DNA of 64,000 nt from the human T2T-CHM13v2.0 reference genome, Homo sapiens, in assembly GCF_009914755.1 (NCBI RefSeq), contig NC_060935.1. The stretch is one strand, 5' to 3'. Below are positions 32,314-50,663 of this stretch, in pieces. Position 1 is the first letter of the stretch. Every line of letters begins with the position of its first letter. The notes beneath the pieces were generated by a model that was not told the DNA's origin, made no database searches, and saw nothing but the letters and a program-made list of their open reading frames with translations. The translations under genes were made by a program, and so were the position numbers.

Positions 32314-32636
32314 AAAGAAATAAGATATACCATTAGATAGGTCAGTAGGGCAGTAGAGTGACTGTAGTTTACAATAATCTATTGTACACTTCAAAAGTCT
32401 AGAAGGGAATTCAAATGGTTTTAGCACTAAAAAAAGACAAAATTTAAGGTGATGGATATTCCACGTACACTGATTCACTGATTTGACCTTTACAAACGAT
32501 ATTAATCTATTAAGTTATTACATGTACCCCAAACAATGTACATCTATTATGGATGAGTTAAAAAGAGGTAAAAAAGAAATTAAAAAAGCAAACTCATTTA
32601 GGATCACATCAAAAAGAATAATATACTTAGGGTTAC

Positions 32637-32936
<300 letters not shown>

Positions 32937-33159
32937 TACCTAGGGTTACTTTTAATCAAGGAGGGAAAAGACCTCTACACTGAAAGCTACAAAGCATTAA
33001 GAAAGAAATTGAAGAAAACACAGATAAATGACCCCAAATAGTAAAACAATTTTAAACAAGAAAGGTAAGGCTGGGGGCATCACACTTTCTGATTTCAAAT
33101 TACATTAACTAAGCTATAGTAATCAAAATAGTATGGTGCTGGCACAAAAATAAACCCAC

Positions 33160-34172
<1,013 letters not shown>

Positions 34173-34786
34173 AAGTATATATCCCCAGAGGTCAACAGAA
34201 AGACTAGAGAGCACAGAAATAAACCCATGCATATATGGTTAACTAATTTTAGACAAGGTTACTGAGCACACACAACAGCAAAAGGATAATCTCCATAGTA
34301 AGCACTTTTGGGAAAACTGGATATGCACATGTAAAACAAAGAAATTGTATTCATTTTAAACCATTCTCAAAAACCAACTCAAAATTGATTAAGACCAAAA
34401 CATGATACCTAAAACCGTAAAACTCCTAGAGGAAAATACAGGGGGAAATCTGCTTGACATTGACCTTGGCAATTATTTTTTGGATTTGACAGTAAAAGCT
34501 CAGGTGAGAAAAGCAAAAATAAGTTACAGCAAACTAAAATTATTCTGCAGAACAAAGGATACAATCAACAAAATAAAAAGGCAACTTATGGTTTGGGGGA
34601 AAATATTTGTAAACCACATATCTGATAAGAGATTAATATCCAAAATATATAAATAAAGAACTTACACAACTCAATAGCAAAAAAAAACTCCAAATAACTA
34701 GATTAAAAATTGGGCAAAAGATCTGAATAAACATTTTTCAAAAGAAGACATACAAATGACCAACAGGTATATATAAAAACATGCTT

Positions 34787-37570
<2,784 letters not shown>

Positions 37571-38389
37571 AAAAACAGGCTTGTTGATATTGCTATTCAT
37601 CAAGGAAATACAAATCAAAACCACAGTGAGATATCACCTCATACCCATTAGGATGGCTATTATAAAAGACAAGTGATAACAAGTGTTTGTGAAGGTATGG
37701 AGAAAAAGGAACCTTGTGCACTGTTGGTAGGATTCTAAACTGGTGTAGACATTTTGTAAACAGTAAGAAAGTTCCTCAAAAAATTAAAAATAGAACTACA
37801 TATGACCCAGCAATCCCTTTGCTGGGTATATACTCAAAGGAAATAAAATCAGTGCCTCATGGAGACACCTGAGCCACCATAAATGGATAAAGAAAATGGT
37901 GTGTGTGTTTGTGTGTGTGTCTGTGTACACACACACACAATGGAATATTATTCAGCCTTTTAAATATACATATTAAATATTCAGCCTTTTAAATATATAT
38001 TATATATATTATATACATACAGACACACACACACATGCACACAATGGAATATTATTCAGCCTTTTAAAGGAAGGAGATCCTGCCATTTGCCACAACATGG
38101 ATGGTCCTGAGGACATTATGCTAAGTAAAATAAGCCACACACGGAAAGAAAAGTATTGCATGATCTCATTTATATATATGAAATCTTTTTACAATGTCAA
38201 ATACACAGAAACAGAGAGCAGATTGGTGGGTACCAGGAGGAGGGTGTAGTAGGTAATGGCAGATGTTGGTCAAAGGCTAAAATGTTGCAGCTATTTAGGA
38301 TAAGTTGAGCAATCTAATGTACAATAGGAAGACTACAGTTAATAATATTATACCCACAAAATTTGTTAAGGGAGTAGACTTTTTTGTTT

Positions 38390-38733
38390 CTTGTTTTATT
38401 TTTCACTTTTATGGGTGCATAGTAGGTGTTTATATTTATGGAATACATTAGATATTTTGATACAGACATACAATGTGTAATAATCATATCAGGGTAAATG
38501 GGGTATTCATCACATTAAGCATTTATCATTTCTTTGTGCTACAGATTCCAATTCTACTTTTTAAGTTTTATTTTAAAATGTACAGTAAATTATTGTTGAC
38601 TATAGTTACCCTGTTGTGCTGTCAAATACTAGATCCTATTCATTCTGTTTAACTATATTTTTATACCCATTAAACATGTCCCCTTCCACCCACCTTCACT
38701 ACTCTTCCCAGCTTCTGGTAACCATCATTCTGC
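38390..38733 (-). mobile_element. L1MA 3' end fragment
   Basis: TATGGGTGCATAGTAGGTG, TTATTGTTGACTATAGTTACCCTG; degenerate TSD G(G/A)GAGTAG. Confidence 0.7.
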
Positions 38734-38899
38734 CAAGAGAGTAGGTTTAAGGTGCTCCAACCAGAAAAAAAAAGATAACTATGTAAGATGATGCATGTGA
38801 TAATTTGTTTAATTGTTACAGTTATATTATTATGTACATGGATAACAAAATATGGTGTATAACTTAAACATATACAATTTTTTAACTCATAAAACAGAA

Positions 38900-40185
38900 G
38901 AAAAATGTTGTGCCACTTCTTTCTGGTTTTATAGTTTTGGATGAGAAACTCATTGTCTTTCAAAATGCTTTTCTCTTCTAAGTAATATGTCCTTTCCGTC
39001 TGGCTGCTTTCAAGATTTTTCTGTCTTTATTTTTCAAAAGTTTAATTAGGATGTGTCTTGTTGTGGATTTCCTTGGTTTATCCTATCTGAGATTTGCTCA
39101 CCTTCCTGAATCTGTAGCTCTATATATCTTTGACCAATTTGGAATGTTTTCAATCATTACTTCTTTGATTACTTATTGAATACCCCTTTCCTTCTGAGAT
39201 TCTCAGGATATAAATATTAGCTCTCTTTTACTGTCTCATAGGTTCATGTGTTCTGTTCTTTTTTATTGTTCCAATCTATTTTGTTTATTGTTCAGAACAG
39301 GTAAATTCTATTCATCTTTATTCAAGTTCACTGATTTTGTCCTCTGTATCTCTATTCTGCTACTGAGTTCATCCAGCAAGTTTGTTGTTTTTTAATATTT
39401 CTATGAGTATGTTTTGCAGTTTTATAATTTCCATTTGGTTCTTATTTGTAACTTCTATTTATTTGCTGAAATTCTCTGTTTTTATTTCTTTCAAGAAAAT
39501 TAATTATTGCTTCTTGAATCATTTTTTATGGCTGCTTTAAATCTTTGTTAGAAAATTTCAATATCCGCTTCATCTTAGTCTTAGTGTTGGCATGTATTGC
39601 CTTTTCTCATTCAAGTTGTGTTTTCCTTGGAATGAAAATTGATATTTGACCATATCATGGACATTCTGAATATCATATTATGAGACTCTAAATCTCTGAA
39701 TCGTGCCCAGTCTTTTTCAGCAGTCATCCTTGTTGAGCTGTAGCTGAAACTTCCAGGTATGTTCCAGTCTGCCGAAAATGGAGAGGTGACTCATACTACT
39801 TTCTTCCAGATGGGTGAGGGGAATGTTCAGCTCCCCACTGCTCTGCTGACTTCATCCCAGTGAAGGGCATTGATTGGTATGCCTCCTTACCTTTAAGGTC
39901 CTGCTCCCTGTTGGGACCAATTGCCCCTAAGGAAAGGTGAGGTGGCTAGCTGGTTCACACTACCTCATTGCAGGGAGGGTTGGAAGCTCAGCTCCTCACT
40001 GGACCACCACTCACATTGGAGCAGGAGAGTCATGATAGGGGCTGTAGAATACCAGCTAGCCCTACCTCACACCATCTCATTAAGTCTTGTTGCTGCCAGG
40101 TGACAGTGGAGGCTACTTTCTCCACTGAACCCTGCTGACATTACCCTGGCAGGGGAATCAGAGTCGGGGCAAGGTGAAGATCAGC
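38900..40185 (-). mobile_element. Ancient L1M ORF1/5' region
   Basis: CTGGCTGCTTTCAAGATTTTT, TTCAAGTTCACTGATT, ATTTCCATTTGGTTC antisense ORF1 motifs. Confidence 0.6.
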
Positions 40186-40186
40186 A

Positions 40187-40969
40187 TGAGATGGAACAGG
40201 GACTCCTCTTAGGGGCCCATGGGCCCCCTCAAGCATAGAAATAACAGAAAAAAAAATTGAGTTTTTTCAAGGGAAATTTCAGACACCTAGCTAGCTCTGA
40301 GAAGTAAATGAGAAACTTGATATGAAAGAAAGTAATAGTGGCATAAAACAATAGCCAAGGAAGTTAGAATTACGGGATGTTTGGTTCTCCTGTAGAAACT
40401 TAAGATAGCATCTTAACAACATATGTCCCTGGGTTGTTTTTCAGAAACCTGGACCCCCACCAGATGAAAAATTCCATCTGCTGGCACATAGACCTCAGAT
40501 AAGGAGGAAATGAGGACTGAAGTCTGACCACAGCCATGCTTTGCTCTAAATTTCTTCCTGATGGGCATGGGAGGGGTCACACTCCAAGGCCAGAACTAAT
40601 ATTCTTTTCTGCTAATCCCAAAGTTTTAAACAAAGTTTTGCCTCCTGAACCAACTGCAAATCAGAAAATCTTCGAGTCCACCTATGATCTGTTCCCTATC
40701 TCCACTTCAAGATCTGCCACCCTTTTAGGTCAAACCAATGTATTGCCTCCATATTCCGATTTATGACTTTGCCTGTCAACTCTGCCTCCCCACCTTTAAA
40801 AATCCTTACTTGCAAGCCATTGGAAAGATCGGGACTTGAGCAAGGGCTGCTTGATTCTCCTTGCTTGGCACTCTGCAAATAAATGCTCTCCTTTCTCCTG
40901 CTATAAACCTGCTGTAGATGTTTGGTGTTACTGTGCAGGGCAAGTGGATCCCAGTTCAGTTGGATAACA
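40187..40969 (+). mobile_element. ERV1 solo LTR (MER34/MER39/LTR48-like)
   Basis: TG...CA termini, TTTAAAA box at ~40795, AATAAA at 40878, terminal GGGCAAGTGGATCCCAGTTCAGTTGGATAACA. Confidence 0.7.
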
Positions 40970-41639
40970 GGCTCCCTGATTGGCCCCACTGAAACCCAGG
41001 GAAGGGGGAAAACATAATTTTTCCATTGGTTTTTGTCTAGAGTAAGGCAGGAAATGCCAAAATGTTTTCTTTTCTCTCCAGGCCACCCTTTTCCCAGTTC
41101 TTTGACCAGGAGAGAACAGTCTTTTCTTACAGTTGTCTTTTGTTTTTTGCTTTTTCTGTGTCTGTTGGCAGTTCTAAGTTGGAATTTTCTAAAGGATCCT
41201 GTCCTGGATATGTGGAAGCAATAAGGAAACCTCAAAACTTCATTGCTATGTTGTTTTTCAAGTCCAATAGTTCCTAGGCAGTTAACCCTTTTTATTCCAC
41301 CTTTGAAAGTCTTCCTACTTGTTTTTGTGCTACATATAGGGATTTTTTGGTAATAAGAGGAAGGGCCTGGAAGAAATGGGGCTACTTCAGCATCAAGGTA
41401 ATCAAAAATCTATGCCTTCAAACATGCAGAAATATGCAGTTTCTTATGTATCTCATGCCACAAAGTTGGTGTAATACAAATTAGCCTGCCATATCCAGAT
41501 ATAGAAGTCTCTATACTTACTGTGAACAGAAAGGGTTTGCTAGAAAGAAATGTGTCAGAGACAAATGAAAGTTCATGGTGAAGTGTTCTCAAATTGCCCT
41601 TCACTCCACAGGAAGTATGTGCCTTAAAAAAAGCCAAAG

Positions 41640-41835
41640 TGTTATGAGAATATTTGTGCCATTGATCTTTTGCTTAACCTTACGTGCCTCAGTTACATCC
41701 TTTGTAATACAATAATTTTTAAAAAAACTTTAAAGAGTTAATCCAAGAAATAATTAGGTTAATACTATACTTGTAAACAGTGATAACAGTGCCCAGAATG
41801 TAGTAGACAGTTTAATCCTGTTACTACTATTACTA
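41640..41835 (+). mobile_element. MIR SINE
   Basis: CTTAACCTTACGTGCCTCAGTTACATCCTTTGTAA core; AACAGTGCCCAGAATGTAGTAG. Confidence 0.55.
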
Positions 41836-42361
41836 ACATTTGACTTCTAGATCTTTTAGCTCTCCAACCATGCAAATGCATAAAGGAGCAACTATTTAGT
41901 AAAGTGTGAATTCAAACCTTTTAGTAAACTAGGCTGAGATTCTAGTTGCTAATCTAGGTTATAAAAGTGTCAAGGAAGTGATGTAGATGTGCTGAGGATG
42001 GGTTTGTTGTAAAAGCCTGTCTCTGTTATAGCAGGATCTCACCTAAACATTCAGTCACTTGAATCAGGCAGAAGCATTCAGCTGATCAGTGGCCAGGATT
42101 CAAAGTCAGCAGAGTCAGCAGTTCAAGCAGGAACAAATGCTTCATTCAGCCATCCATTAATTCATTAATTTTTTCTTTATCTCTTCATTTTAAATATGCA
42201 AGTATGCTTATTAAGTTCTAGAAACTGTTTGAAAATTAGGTACATGGGGAGAAGAAAAGAAGTGGTAGATTCTATATGAAACTTTCAACACTGTCAAGAA
42301 AGCAAACACTAAATCTGTATCTACACGTGCATTGAGTATTCTCAAGAGAAGATATAGGGTT

Positions 42362-43351
42362 CTATGTAATATCATTATCTGAAGTTCTACTAAAATAACA
42401 AGCATCATGAGAAAGTATTTTTCTAACAAGCTCTCTCTTCAGAGCCCCCTTAATCTCCTTGTTCCTGAGGCTGTAGATCAGGGGGTTCAACATGGGAATC
42501 ACCACCGTGTACAACACAGACACCACCTTGTTCTGGTCAGTTGAGTAGCTAAAATTGGGCATCACATAAATGAAGGTAATGGTCCCATAGAACAGGGTAA
42601 CCACAGTGAGGTGGGAAGTGCAGGTGGAGAAGGCCTTGTGGTGCCCCTCAGTGGAGCGCATCTTCAGGATGGTGATGAGGATATAGATGTAGGAGATGGC
42701 TATGACACACACAGTGACCACAATGATGGATCCAGAAGAAAATGAGAGAACAACTGTGGAGACACTGATATCAGAACAGGAGAGTTCAAGTAAGGGAGCA
42801 AAATCACAGAAAAAATGATTGACTTGATTTGGTCCACAGAAGAGTAAAAAATAGAAGGAAGTAGTATAGGAGACAGCAATGAGAAAACCAGCTATGCAAA
42901 CTACTAAGAGTAGCTGGACACTGACTTGTGTGGACATTTTGGTTGAATAAAGCAGTGGACTGCAAATTGCCACAAAGCGGTCATAGGCCATAGCAGCCAG
43001 AAGGACGCATTCGACTGTTGCAAAGAAAGCTGCTGAACCAAGCTGGATGGCACATCCAAGGTAGGAGACTGTATTTCTCTCCACCAGGAAGTTTACAAGC
43101 ATGTTGGGTGTGACAGAAGATGAATAGGCCATGTCAGCAAAAGCCAAGTGGCTTAGAAAGAAATACATAGGATGATGGAGCTGAGAAGAAATTCTGATAA
43201 GAATAATTATGCTGAGATTACCAGATATGGTTACCAGGTAGATGCATAGGATGATCATGAAGAGGATGACTCGAAGGATTGGATCATCTGTTAAGCCCAA
43301 TAGGATGAACCCCGTCAGAGCGGTGTGATTCCCGTCCTTCAGGGAATTCAT
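42362..43351 (-). CDS. OR5P2: Olfactory receptor 5P2 (class II 7-TM GPCR), intact 329-aa ORF
   Basis: Single-exon ORF; NHT glycosylation site, [47 protein letters not shown]; termini MNSLKDGNH and [14 protein letters not shown] recognised as OR5P2. Confidence 0.95.
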   Translation of the reverse strand: MNSLKDGNHTALTGFILLGLTDDPILRVILFMIILCIYLVTISGNLSIIILIRISSQLHHPMYFFLSHLAFADMAYSSSVTPNMLVNFLVERNTVSYLGCAIQLGSAAFFATVECVLLAAMAYDRFVAICSPLLYSTKMSTQVSVQLLLVVCIAGFLIAVSYTTSFYFLLFCGPNQVNHFFCDFAPLLELSCSDISVSTVVLSFSSGSIIVVTVCVIAISYIYILITILKMRSTEGHHKAFSTCTSHLTVVTLFYGTITFIYVMPNFSYSTDQNKVVSVLYTVVIPMLNPLIYSLRNKEIKGALKRELVRKILSHDACYFSRTSDNDIT

Positions 43352-43381
43352 GAGACGAAGTAGCTGCTGACTAAATGAATC

Positions 43382-43405
43382 CTAATGAGAACAGCACATT
43401 AAAAT
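43382..43405 (-). promoter_or_regulatory. Putative splice acceptor 30 nt upstream of the OR5P2 ATG
   Basis: Minus strand TTTTAATGTGCTGTTCTCATTAG|GATTC...ATG. Confidence 0.55.
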
Positions 43406-43759
43406 GTTATAAATTTGATGGCTTCATCTTCATTAATATATACATGAAGGTTAATATGAACAGATGTATCATTCAAGGAAAGTTTAGACTTTTTTTTTTT
43501 TTTACCTTAGGGTTTCATTGTTTATGTATTTATGTGTAATCAGTCTTTCTATATTTTAAAATCTGTTTTACAACACCAAAAAATTGCTTCAAATAATGTA
43601 TATCCTTTTCAATTTGTATTTTTAATGAAATATATTTAAAGTTGCTTTAAAGAGAAAGATTTTAAAACATAAGACTTATAAGAATAATAAAAGGTATGGT
43701 ACATATAACAAAAATGATTAAAATATATTAATGTAAGATTAATGAACACTTAAATATTA

Positions 43760-44025
43760 GCTAACATTTACTGAATGCCTATCAAATTACTGGCTCAGGG
43801 TTAAGAATTTTATCTATATGCATATAATATATAACATATTATTGTATTATATACATTATATATACAGAGATACGTATTTTAATTTCCATAAAATAATATG
43901 AAGCACTTTTATTATTACCATTTTATAGATAGGGAAACTAAGTTTGAAAATGTTAAGTAATTTACCTAAGGTTACACAGCAAGTGGTAGAATCTGGATCA
44001 GAATCCCATATAGTTTGAATCCAGT
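43760..44025 (-). mobile_element. MIR SINE
   Basis: CCATTTTATAGATAGGGAAACTAAG...TTAAGTAATTTACCTAAGGTTACACAGC. Confidence 0.75.
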
Positions 44026-44688
44026 CAATTTCCATAATAACTATGTTATTAATGTAATTTGTATAAAATTGTATAATTTGTATAAAATTGTATAACCATT
44101 ACATTTATAGCATAGTTGGAGAATTTTTACCATGAAATCTGGTACACTTGAAAATCAGTAGATAACAGATTAACATTTCAGTTCTCTGAAATGTACAACT
44201 GATGTATAAAAGAGACGCCTAGCTAGTTACATAGTTTACAATGTTTATCAGTTAAACAACACTAGTTTTTTAAAAGAGACATACAATTTTCTTCATAGGA
44301 CAGGGAAGAAATGGGAATTTCAAGTTATGCTTATGAATGAAGTCACCTAGTATAAATTAATGACTTTTATTATTTCCAATTAAAATATTATTATATCAGG
44401 TAAGTTGAAATACCAATTTAACCATTATGCAAAATGTTGTATGATTAATATTCAGAACATAATTAAGATATTTAGTCAAACCAAATCTTTTCCTAGTGTA
44501 ACAATGTTAACAAATTGAAGTATTATAGAATCAAATAATATTATTTTGGACATAATATACAGAAGAACAAAGTTTCAGCCTAGAAATATAAGAAGTTTAC
44601 CAAGGGCCACTCTGTTGATGGCCAGCTTGACCCTCATCTCCAAGTTTTCTGGCCTTATAGCCTTATCTTTCTCCGAAATGTCTAGCTG

Positions 44689-45255
<567 letters not shown>

Positions 45256-45592
45256 CACTTAGTTAATTTATATTAGCATTACAGCTGAGTGCCAAGTTTA
45301 GACGGCAGTGAAAGACCATGTGAGTTTCTGTTCTTATGGGTGGATAAATGAAGAATCTTGGTAAATTGAATCATGCCTGTTAACTCACACTAAATTGATG
45401 GCAGAAACTTAATTTAATTCACTAAAGTTACTTGCTAGCTGACTGCAAGATTACATCTGTTTTGTTTCTTAATTATGACTTGTGTGTACACATACAACTT
45501 TAGAGAATAAAGTGTTCTCAAATGAAACTCATTACACCAGATTCACCCACAAATCCAAAGTCTTACCTCATGAAATAAAAATTTAATCATCT

Positions 45593-45898
<306 letters not shown>

Positions 45899-48146
45899 TT
45901 ACACTTATAAATTTAGATTCCTTGTTATTATATAGTAGCCACACTGTATTATTTTTTGCCTTTGGGGATAAATCTCTGAAGAGTCTAGAGACTCAAATGT
46001 GAATTAAAAGCAGCAGGAATCATTATCACATCGTCAAGTGAATATTGAGCAGTTCAACTCACAAAAACACACATAATCTTTAAGAGGTTGTCAATTCTCA
46101 GATGATCAATTTTTTTCATTTTGTCTGAGGGGTGGTGCACTTTCATTTGGTAGTTAATGGGAGTATAATATAATGCATTATCTCACAGCCAAATATTGGT
46201 TCTAAGTTTACTTTGATACTTCAGGTTAAAGAATACTAAACTGCAAATATAAAACAGTAAACAGTTTCATTCATTCAACAAATGTTCATTTTCTAAGTAT
46301 TTTGTAGTGTTAGAGAATGTTCAAATAAACGCAATTAGGAACTACAAAGGAAATATTACTACTGACCACATAGAAATACAAATAATCATCAGAGACTTCT
46401 ATGAACACCTCTATGTCCACAAACTAGAAAATCTGGGAAAAAAATGGATAAATTCCTGGACACATACACTCTCCCAAGACTGAATCAGGAAGAAATGGAA
46501 TATCTGAGCGGACAAATAGCAACCTCAAAATGAAAACAGCCAACTATGAAACCCACAGCCAACATCATACTGAACAGGCAAAAGCTGGAAGCATTGCCCT
46601 TGAAAACTGTCACAAATAAGGATGCCCTCTCTCACCACTCCTATTCAACACAGTATCGGAAGTCCTGGCAAGAGCAATGAGGCAAGAGAAATAAATACAG
46701 GACATTCAAATAGGAAGAAAGGAAGTCAAACCATTCCTGTTTGCAGATGACATGATTCTGTATCTAGAAAACCCCAACGTCTCAGCCCAAAAGCTCCCTA
46801 ATTTGATAACTTCAGCATGGTCTCAGGATACAAAATCAACATACAAAAATCACTAGCATTCCTATATGCTAACAACAGCCAAGCTGAGAGCCAAATCAGA
46901 AAGGCATTCCCATTCACAAAAAGCATAAAATACCTAGGAATATAGCTAACCAGGGAGGTGAAAGATTTCTACAATGAGAATTACAAAGCACTATTCAAAG
47001 AAATCAGAGATGACACAAACAAATGCAAAAACATTCCATGCTCATGGATAGGAAAAAATCAGTATTATTAAATTGGCCATGCTGCACAAAGCAATTTACA
47101 GATTCAGTGCTATTCCTATTAAACTACCAATGATAGTCTCCCCAGAACTAGAAAAAAATTAATTCATATGTAATCAAAAAAGAGCCCAAATAGCCAAGGC
47201 AATCCTAAGCAAAAAGAACAAAGCTGGAGGCATCACGTTGTAATACTCGAATTCAGACTATACTACAGGACTACAGTAGCCAAAACAGCCTGGAACTGGT
47301 ACAAAAGTGACACATTGACCAACAGAACAGAATAGACAACCCACAAATAAGGCCACACATACAACCATCTGATCTTTGACAAAGCTGACAAAAACAAGCA
47401 ATGGGGAAAGGACTGTCTATTCAATAAATGGTGCTGGGATAACTGGCTAATGATATGCAGAAGATTGAAACTGGACCCCTTTCTTACACTACATTAAAAA
47501 AAACTTAAGATGAATTAAAGACTTAAATGCAAAACTATAAAAACCCTGGAATATAACCTAGGCAATACCATTCTGGACATAGGAGCTGACTGAGATTTCA
47601 TGACGGAAATGGCAAAAGCAAATACAACAAGAGCAAAAATTGACAAATGGGATCCAATTAAACTAAAGAGCTTCTGCACAAAAAGAGAAACTATCATCAG
47701 AGTAAACAGACAACCTACAGAACGGGAGAAAATATTTGCAAACTATGCATCCAACAAAGGTCTAATATCCAGAATCTATAATAAACTTACACAAACTTAC
47801 AAGACGAAAACAAAAAGCCCATAAAAATGTGCGCAAAGGACATGAACAGACACTTTTCAAAGGAAGACATACAAGCATATGGAAAAAAAGCTCAATATCA
47901 TTGATCATTAGAGAAACACAAATCAAACCCACAATGAGATACCATCTCACAACAGTCAGGATGGCAATCATTAAGAATTCAAAAAAACCAGATGCTGGTG
48001 AGGTTGCTGAGAAAAGGGAATGCTTATACACTGTTGGTGGGAGTGTAAATTAGTTCAGCCATTGTGGAAAGCAGTGTGGTAATTCCTCAAAGAGGTAAAA
48101 CAGAACTACCATTTGACCCAGAAATCCCATTTCTGGGTATATACCT

Positions 48147-48512
48147 TGATATGGTTTGGCTGTGCCCCCACCCAAATCTCATCCTGAATTGTAGCTCCCA
48201 TGATCTCCATATGTCATGGGAGGGATCTTGTGGGAGGTCATTGAATCACGGAGGCAGGTTTTTTCCATGCAGTTCTTGTGATAGTGAATAAGTCTCACTA
48301 GATCTGATCATTTTATAAAGGGCAGCTCCTCTGCACATTTGCTCTTGCCTGCCACCATGTAAGACACGCTTTTGTTCCTCCTTTGCCTTCTGTCATGACT
48401 GGGAGGCCTCCCCAGCCATGTGGAACTGTGAGTTTATTAAACTCACAGTTTTCTTTATAAATTACTCAGTCTCGGGTATGTGTTCAGAGCAGTATGAAAA
48501 TGGACTAACACA
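48147..48512 (+). mobile_element. THE1 solo LTR (C/D-like)
   Basis: TGATATGGTTTGGCTGTG...GGACTAACACA; TSD TACC(T/C). Confidence 0.88.
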
Positions 48513-48599
48513 TACCCAAAGAAATATAAACTATTCTATCATAAAGACACATCCCCATGTGTATTCATTGCAGCACTAGTCATGATAGCAAAGACATGG

Positions 48600-48969
48600 T
48601 GATATGGTTTGACTGTGTCCTCACCCAAATCACATCTTGAATTGTAGCTCCCATAATTCCCATGTTTTGTGAGAGGGTCCCAGTGGGAGATAATTAAATC
48701 ATGGGGGTGGTTTCCCCTATATTATTCTCATGGTAGTGAATAAGTCTCATAGGATATGATGGTTTTATAAGGGGTTTCCACTTTTGCTTGGTTGTCATTC
48801 TCTCTTGCCTGCCACCTTGTAAGACATGACTTTGCTCCTCCTTTGCTTCCACCATGATTGTGAGGCCTCCCCAGTCATGTGGAATTTTGAGTCAATTAAA
48901 CCTCTTTCCTTTATAAATTACCCAGTCTCAGATATGTCTTTATTAGCAGTGTGAGAACAGACTAATACA
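48600..48969 (+). mobile_element. THE1 solo LTR (B/C-like)
   Basis: TGATATGGTTTGACTGTG...CAGACTAATACA; perfect TSD CATGG. Confidence 0.9.
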
Positions 48970-49409
48970 CATGGAATCAACCTAAATGCCCATCAATCGT
49001 AGACTGGATAAAGCAAATGTGGTACATATACACCATGAAATACTATGCAGTTCTAAAAAAAGAACAAGATCATGTCCTTTGCAGAAACATGGATGGAGCT
49101 GGAGGCCATTATCCTTAGCAAACTAACACAAGAACAGAAAACCAAATGTCGCATGTTCTCACTTATAGGTAGAAGCTAAATGATGAGAACACCTGGATGC
49201 AAAAAAGGAGAACAACAGACACTGGGGGCTACCTTAAGGTGGAAGGCAGAAGGAGGAAGAGAAGCAGAAAAAAAAGCTATTGGGTACCAGGCTTAGTACT
49301 GGGGTGACAAAATAATGTGTACAGCAAACCCCTGTGACATGAGTTTACCCATATAACAAACATGCACATGTAGCTGAAGCTAAAATAAAAGTTTTAAAAA
49401 TATATAAAT

Positions 49410-49693
49410 GGGCCAGTCATGGTGACTCACTCCTGTAATCCCAGCACTTTGGGAGGCCAAGGCAGGTGGATCACTTGAGGTCAGGAGTTACAGATTAGCC
49501 TGGCCAACTTGGTGAAACCCCGTCTCTACTAAAAATACATAAATTGGCTGGGCTTGGTGGCGCACACTTGTAGCTCCAGCTACTCCAGAGGCTGAGGCAC
49601 GAGAATCTCTTGAACCTGAAAAACAGAAGTTGCAGTGAGCCAAGATCATGCCACTACACTCCAGCCTGAGCAACAGAGCAAGACTTCTGTCTC

Positions 49694-49709
<16 letters not shown>
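49410..49709 (+). mobile_element. AluSx/Sz-like, followed by (TA)n(CA)n
   Basis: Full dimer with A tail. Confidence 0.92.
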
Positions 49710-49739
<30 letters not shown>

Positions 49740-50385
49740 TGTATATATACACACACACGAATAAACAAATAAATTTACAAAAAAATTGTTAATTCTCAAA
49801 AAAATGACCTATGTAGTCCATGAAACTTTTGTAGGGATTGATAAACTACATGTAAGATTTACATAGATATGCCTACTAGCTGGAATAAATAAAACCATTT
49901 TAGAATGGAAGGAAAATGACTACTAGCTGGAATAAATAAAATCATTTTGGAATGGAAGGAAAAAGTTTTAATATTTGCAAGACATGATTTCAAAATTTTT
50001 CATAAGCCTACAGCAGTCAACACTGTTATATTGGTGAAAGGTTAGATATATAGTTCAAAGGAGCAGAAAAAATGATGTAAAAATAGACACAAGTATAAAT
50101 GATCAATTGATTTCAGATAAATGTTAAAAGAAATTCTAAGAATAGAAAGAGTCTGCAACAAATGTTACTAGAACAACTGCATATACACATGAAAAATATA
50201 ACACCTACCCTTAACTCACATCATAAAGAAAATTAACTCAAAATGTACCATAGATGTAAATGCAAAAAAATAAAAAAAAATTTCTAGATATAAACATAGG
50301 AGAAAATTTTTGCATTTGGGAAATAAGATTTTTTGGCATTACACAAGAACCACAAACCATAAGAGAGGCAAAAAAAATTATACTT

Positions 50386-50663
50386 TGGTTATGAATTGAA
50401 TTTTTGTGTCCCCTAAAATTCACATGTTGGAGCCTTAACTTCCAATATGATGGTATATGAAGATGAGGCTTTGGGGAGGTAATTGGGGATATAGGAGGTC
50501 ATGAGAATGGGGCCCTGGCCTGATGAGATCATAACCCTAAAGAAGAGACCTCAGAAACTGACCATGCTGGCATCCTGTTTCTGTAGAATTATAAGAAAAT
50601 AAATGTCTATTGTTTAAGCCCCCAGTCTAAGTATTTTTTATGGTAGCCCATGCTGACTGATAC
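50386..50663 (+). mobile_element. MLT1A-like LTR with internal deletion
   Basis: TGTGTCCCCTAAAATTCACATGTTG, AAATAAATGTCTATTGTTTAAGCC, GCTGACTGATACA. Confidence 0.75.

Larger units (their letters stand above)
46320..49398 (+). mobile_element. Older L1PA (about PA13-16) ORF2 and 3'UTR, interrupted by two THE1 LTRs
   Basis: ORF2 motifs (KIDKWD, MRYHLT), internal deletion near 46530, 3'UTR CAAACCCCTGTGACATGAGTTTACC. Confidence 0.85.

Noticed and set aside
37925-38070. Repeated CACAATGGAATATTATTCAGCCTTTTAAA blocks
   Set aside because: Microsatellite-associated partial duplication in an L1MA 3' end; commonplace.
40696-41235. 179-aa minus-strand ORF
   Set aside because: Spans LTR and old repeat sequence and shows no recognisable protein motif.
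42655-42703. ~50 bp nearly identical to OR5P1P 19496-19545, possible OR-to-OR conversion
   Set aside because: Covers the conserved SYxxILxTILK TM5/IC3 motif; protein constraint among close paralogues is a sufficient explanation.
49873-49964. 47-bp tandem duplication
   Set aside because: Ordinary local duplication inside decayed L1M; no further structure.
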